Positions 36,239-39,000 of a stretch of 39,000 bases of DNA are shown here, piece after piece. This stretch comes from Mycobacterium sp. (GTDB taxonomy: Bacteria; Actinomycetota; Actinomycetes; Mycobacteriales; Mycobacteriaceae). The notes under the pieces are model-generated. The model saw only the letters and a program-made list of their open reading frames with translations, searched no databases and was not told the origin of the DNA. Numbering within the stretch: the stretch's first letter is position 1; each line of letters begins with the position of its first letter. The stretch spans positions 1 through 39,000 of the forward strand of contig DATEIG010000258.1 of NCBI GenBank assembly GCA_035279185.1. The letters are read 5' to 3'. The translations under genes and the position numbers were made by a program.

Positions 36239-36277
36239 TTCTCGTATTATCGAGAAAAGTTCTCTGATTACTGAGAT
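36239..36277. promoter_or_regulatory. Two palindromic sites, candidate IclR operators
   Basis: TTCTCG-tattat-CGAGAA (36239) and TTCTCT-gattac-TGAGAT (36260) in the MDR/iclR divergent spacer. Confidence 0.6.
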
Positions 36278-36309
36278 GACCGTAAAAGGCGCACGGAAGG
36301 GAGTCAAGG

Positions 36310-37173
36310 TTGCGCGGGGCGAATTCGGCGCCAACCGAACGAGTGCTCGACGTCGTCGAATTGCTCAGCCGGTCGGGCGATCAGCCGATGCGGTTCTCAG
36401 ACGTCGTGCGCGAACTCGACCTCTCCCAGGCCACGGCGCACGCGATTCTCAAGACGCTGTCGGATCGCGGTTGGGTCAGCCGAGACCCGCAGACCAAGGT
36501 GTTCCGGCCGGGGCCCGCGTTGAAACAGGTGGCGGCCCGACTCGACACCTCGGGGACGTCGACCATCTATGCCCGTGATGTGGTCCGGCGACTGGCCGAA
36601 TCGACAGGCATGGCCGCCTCGGTGTTGGAGCGCAGCAGGGATCATCTCGTGATCACGGCCTTCAAGCACCCGGACAACTCGTCCAACACCGCGCTGCCGA
36701 ACGAAAAGATTCCCTACGCTCCGCCGTTCGGCATCGCGTTCGCCGCGTGGGACACCGCGGACGAACAGAAGGCGTGGGTGGAGAGGGGGGCCGCGGGGGA
36801 TCCGTCGCTTGCAAAGCGACTCCGCGACGTGTTGGCCCGCACGCGCGACCGCGGATATGACGTCGACTGGATGACACCGGCGCTCGCACAGGCGGCCCAG
36901 GCGATAGGAACGCTCACCGGCGATGCTGTTCCGCACAACCTGCGCTCTGTCATCGATCAGTTGCGTGTCGAGTTCGCCTCGGCGAGTGTGCTGCCGGACG
37001 AGAAGACGAGCGGTAGACATCCGGTCGCCACGATCTCGGCACCCGTACTCGACTCTCAGGGTCATGTCCAACTGATCGTCGCGATACACCCATTGCAGCA
37101 CTTGACGATTCGTGAGGTCAGAGCGGCCTCACGGCCGCTGCTACAGGAGATTTCGCGCGTCAGTGACCGCTGA
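36310..37173 (+). CDS. IclR family transcriptional regulator
   Basis: PTERVLDVVELL, LSQATAHAILKTL..GWV HTH, RDRGY, ISAPVLD. Confidence 0.9.
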   Translation: MRGANSAPTERVLDVVELLSRSGDQPMRFSDVVRELDLSQATAHAILKTLSDRGWVSRDPQTKVFRPGPALKQVAARLDTSGTSTIYARDVVRRLAESTGMAASVLERSRDHLVITAFKHPDNSSNTALPNEKIPYAPPFGIAFAAWDTADEQKAWVERGAAGDPSLAKRLRDVLARTRDRGYDVDWMTPALAQAAQAIGTLTGDAVPHNLRSVIDQLRVEFASASVLPDEKTSGRHPVATISAPVLDSQGHVQLIVAIHPLQHLTIREVRAASRPLLQEISRVSDR

Positions 37174-37195
37174 ACCGCGTCGACGACGAGGAACT

Positions 37196-37609
37196 CTAGG
37201 CGACATCCATGACCAGGTGGGTCAACTTCAATTCGGCGATACGCCACCCACCTTCGTCGCGGATCCATCGATCGAAGTAGTGGCCGTAAGCAGTAAGCGA
37301 AGTGCCGTTCGGCCACACCACTCGCTCCTGCACCGCCCAAATCACAAGCGCCTCGTCGCCATTGAGATCGAATTCGGGAGAATGGATCTGATGCACGGTC
37401 TTGGCATCGCCGACTGACGCCTTGACTGCTTCGAGGGCTGCGTCTCGTCCAACGATCGGAGATGCATCTGGATTTCCGTCGGTGAGGTCGAAGACCAGAT
37501 CCTCGGTGAGAAGGGCGGCTAAACCGGCCCAATCTTTGGTGTCCATCAACCGGCAGTACCGCGCCTTGGCTTGCTCCAGGGCAAAGCAGGTGTGCAGATC
37601 GTCGTGCAC
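37196..37609 (-). CDS. SnoaL_4 / BaiE-like NTF2 family protein
   Basis: KARYCRLMDTKDW, TVHQIHSPE, YGHYFDRW, WRIA; GTG 37609 follows a GAGGAGG RBS. Confidence 0.87.
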   Translation of the reverse strand: MHDDLHTCFALEQAKARYCRLMDTKDWAGLAALLTEDLVFDLTDGNPDASPIVGRDAALEAVKASVGDAKTVHQIHSPEFDLNGDEALVIWAVQERVVWPNGTSLTAYGHYFDRWIRDEGGWRIAELKLTHLVMDVA

Positions 37610-37630
37610 GATGTCCCCTCCTCGGGTCAA

Positions 37631-38869
37631 CTAGCGCACAGCGAGCCGTAGATGCTCGCGTCGCCGTACGAGAATGCTTGGCAGCCAGGGCCCTGTGTCG
37701 ACAGCGTCGATCCAGTTCGTGCGCCCGAGCAGTACGGTGAGGACGATTCGCGCTTCCAATCTGGCCAGCGCGGCCCCAACGCAGAAGTGGGCGCCTCTGC
37801 CAAACGCCAAGTGCCCCTTGGCCGCAGCACGGTCCAGCCGAAACACGTGAGGATGGTCGAACTGCGCCGGATCGCGGTTGGCTGCGCCCCACAGCAGCAG
37901 CAGATGGGAGTCCGCGGGAAGCTCGACTCCGCCCAACGAGGTGTCACGCCAGACGTGCCGGTAATGCCCCCTGAAGGGAGGCTCGTATCGCAGGGTTTCC
38001 TCGATGAAAGCACCCAGCAGCGAGGGGTCGTGACGAAGTTGCTCCTGAATGTGAGGTTGTTCGGCCAGAATCCAGGCAGCGTTACCCAGCAGGGAGGCTG
38101 TCGACTCGCCGGCTGCGCTGAACAAGGTCAGCATGATGGTGAGCGCAACCACTTGGTTGATTTCCCCCGATGCGCACCGCGTCGCCAAATCCCCGATCAA
38201 GCCGGACTGCGGGTCATCGGCTGCCTTCTCAAAATGTTCCAGCACATAGCCGCCAAGCTCCATTGCAGCCATGCCCGCAGCCTCGACCTGCGCAGGCGTG
38301 ATCAGACCGTCCAGCAAAGCGGTGGTCGCGTAGCCACATCGGATGAATTTGTCGACATCGTTCTGCGATAATCCCAACAATTTTGCAACGACCATCATCG
38401 GCAGCCGATTGGCCATCGCACTCATCCATTCGTAGTGCCCGTCGCCATCCAGATTGTCGTCCCAGAGTCGATTGGCCGCCTGCGCCGCAAACTCTTCGAT
38501 GACCTGAACCCGTTTGGCTGAAAGGTGCGGCAGCAGCAGCTTTCGATGTTCGGCATGCAGCGGATCGTCCGCGGTGGCCAAGGCGTGTTCGGGGCCACCC
38601 GGCTGACCCATGACAAACGGCTCCACAGTGTCGTCGCGATAGATCATCGTCGCGGTGAGGTTCGACGAGAAGTCGTCGACTCGACCGATCGCTTCGATGA
38701 CCGCGTCCCAACCGCACACGACGTAGAACGGAGACTCGCCTACGCGATGAACCGGCGCCTGCGCGCGCATCTCGTCGTAAATCGGATAGGGGTCTTGGAT
38801 GACATCAGGTCCGAAGAACCGAACCGGATCGTCGATAACTTTCACTGGCTCAGGCTGATCGCACACCAT
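37631..38869 (-). CDS. cyp144: Cytochrome P450, CYP144-like
   Basis: AGEST I-helix, EETLR, FGRGAHFCVG heme motif. Segments such as DFSSNLTATM, LATADDP and EETLRYEPPFRGHYRHV match my recollection of M. tuberculosis CYP144 (Rv1777). Start uncertain (38869 or GTG 38845). Confidence 0.9.
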   Translation of the reverse strand: MVCDQPEPVKVIDDPVRFFGPDVIQDPYPIYDEMRAQAPVHRVGESPFYVVCGWDAVIEAIGRVDDFSSNLTATMIYRDDTVEPFVMGQPGGPEHALATADDPLHAEHRKLLLPHLSAKRVQVIEEFAAQAANRLWDDNLDGDGHYEWMSAMANRLPMMVVAKLLGLSQNDVDKFIRCGYATTALLDGLITPAQVEAAGMAAMELGGYVLEHFEKAADDPQSGLIGDLATRCASGEINQVVALTIMLTLFSAAGESTASLLGNAAWILAEQPHIQEQLRHDPSLLGAFIEETLRYEPPFRGHYRHVWRDTSLGGVELPADSHLLLLWGAANRDPAQFDHPHVFRLDRAAAKGHLAFGRGAHFCVGAALARLEARIVLTVLLGRTNWIDAVDTGPWLPSILVRRREHLRLAVR

Positions 38870-38973
38870 TGGTGCCGTCAATGGGGAACGAGAATCGTGA
38901 CACAGTGAAGACGGCCAAAGTGGTCTGCGTTTTCTCACGTTTAGGCTACGAGCAGCACCTTCGGCGAGCTAAC

Positions 38974-39000
38974 CAGAAACGCTTATTCTCACCGTGAGAG
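38974..39000. promoter_or_regulatory. Operator site plus the start of a second site, cut by the window edge
   Basis: CAGAAA-cgctta-TTCTCA (38974-38991), then TGAGAG at 38995. Confidence 0.6.

Noticed and set aside
1-39000. Mobile elements, tRNA/rRNA, or a secondary-metabolite biosynthetic cluster
   Set aside because: No transposase, integrase, structural RNA, PKS/NRPS or carrier-protein signatures seen; the enzyme set fits catabolism better.

Overview
High-GC actinobacterial chromosome segment, very probably a mycobacterium (inferred from a CYP144-like P450, a mycobacterial REP-like palindrome, and FadD/FadE/EchA/Ltp-type genes). It is a dense accessory catabolic island of about 45 genes for CoA-dependent breakdown of an unidentified lipid-like or cyclic substrate. 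Contents: 3 acyl-CoA ligases, 3 acyl-CoA dehydrogenases, 6 crotonases, a double hot-dog hydratase, a Cys-less thiolase-fold protein plus DUF35 partner, 3 amidohydrolases, 2 DapB-like reductases, SDR/MDR/LLM oxidoreductases, a TauD-like dioxygenase, an HpcH aldolase, SnoaL proteins, a P450, and TetR and IclR regulators. I saw no RNA genes, CRISPR arrays or mobile elements. Reading the DNA directly shows five features the ORF track does not reveal. (1) A four-gene membrane module at 25695-27105 that starts with two translationally coupled micro-proteins (32 and 39 aa). (2) An 18-bp operator (about TGAGAA-N6-TTCTCA) present in tandem with 22-bp phasing at eight promoter regions, defining a regulon. 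(3) An inverted pair of paralogous unknown genes flanking a DapB-like gene. (4) A probable pseudo-enzyme/enzyme SDR pair. (5) One amidohydrolase gene whose synonymous base skew flips from T/G-rich to A/C-rich along its length. All family assignments come from motif recognition, not database searches.
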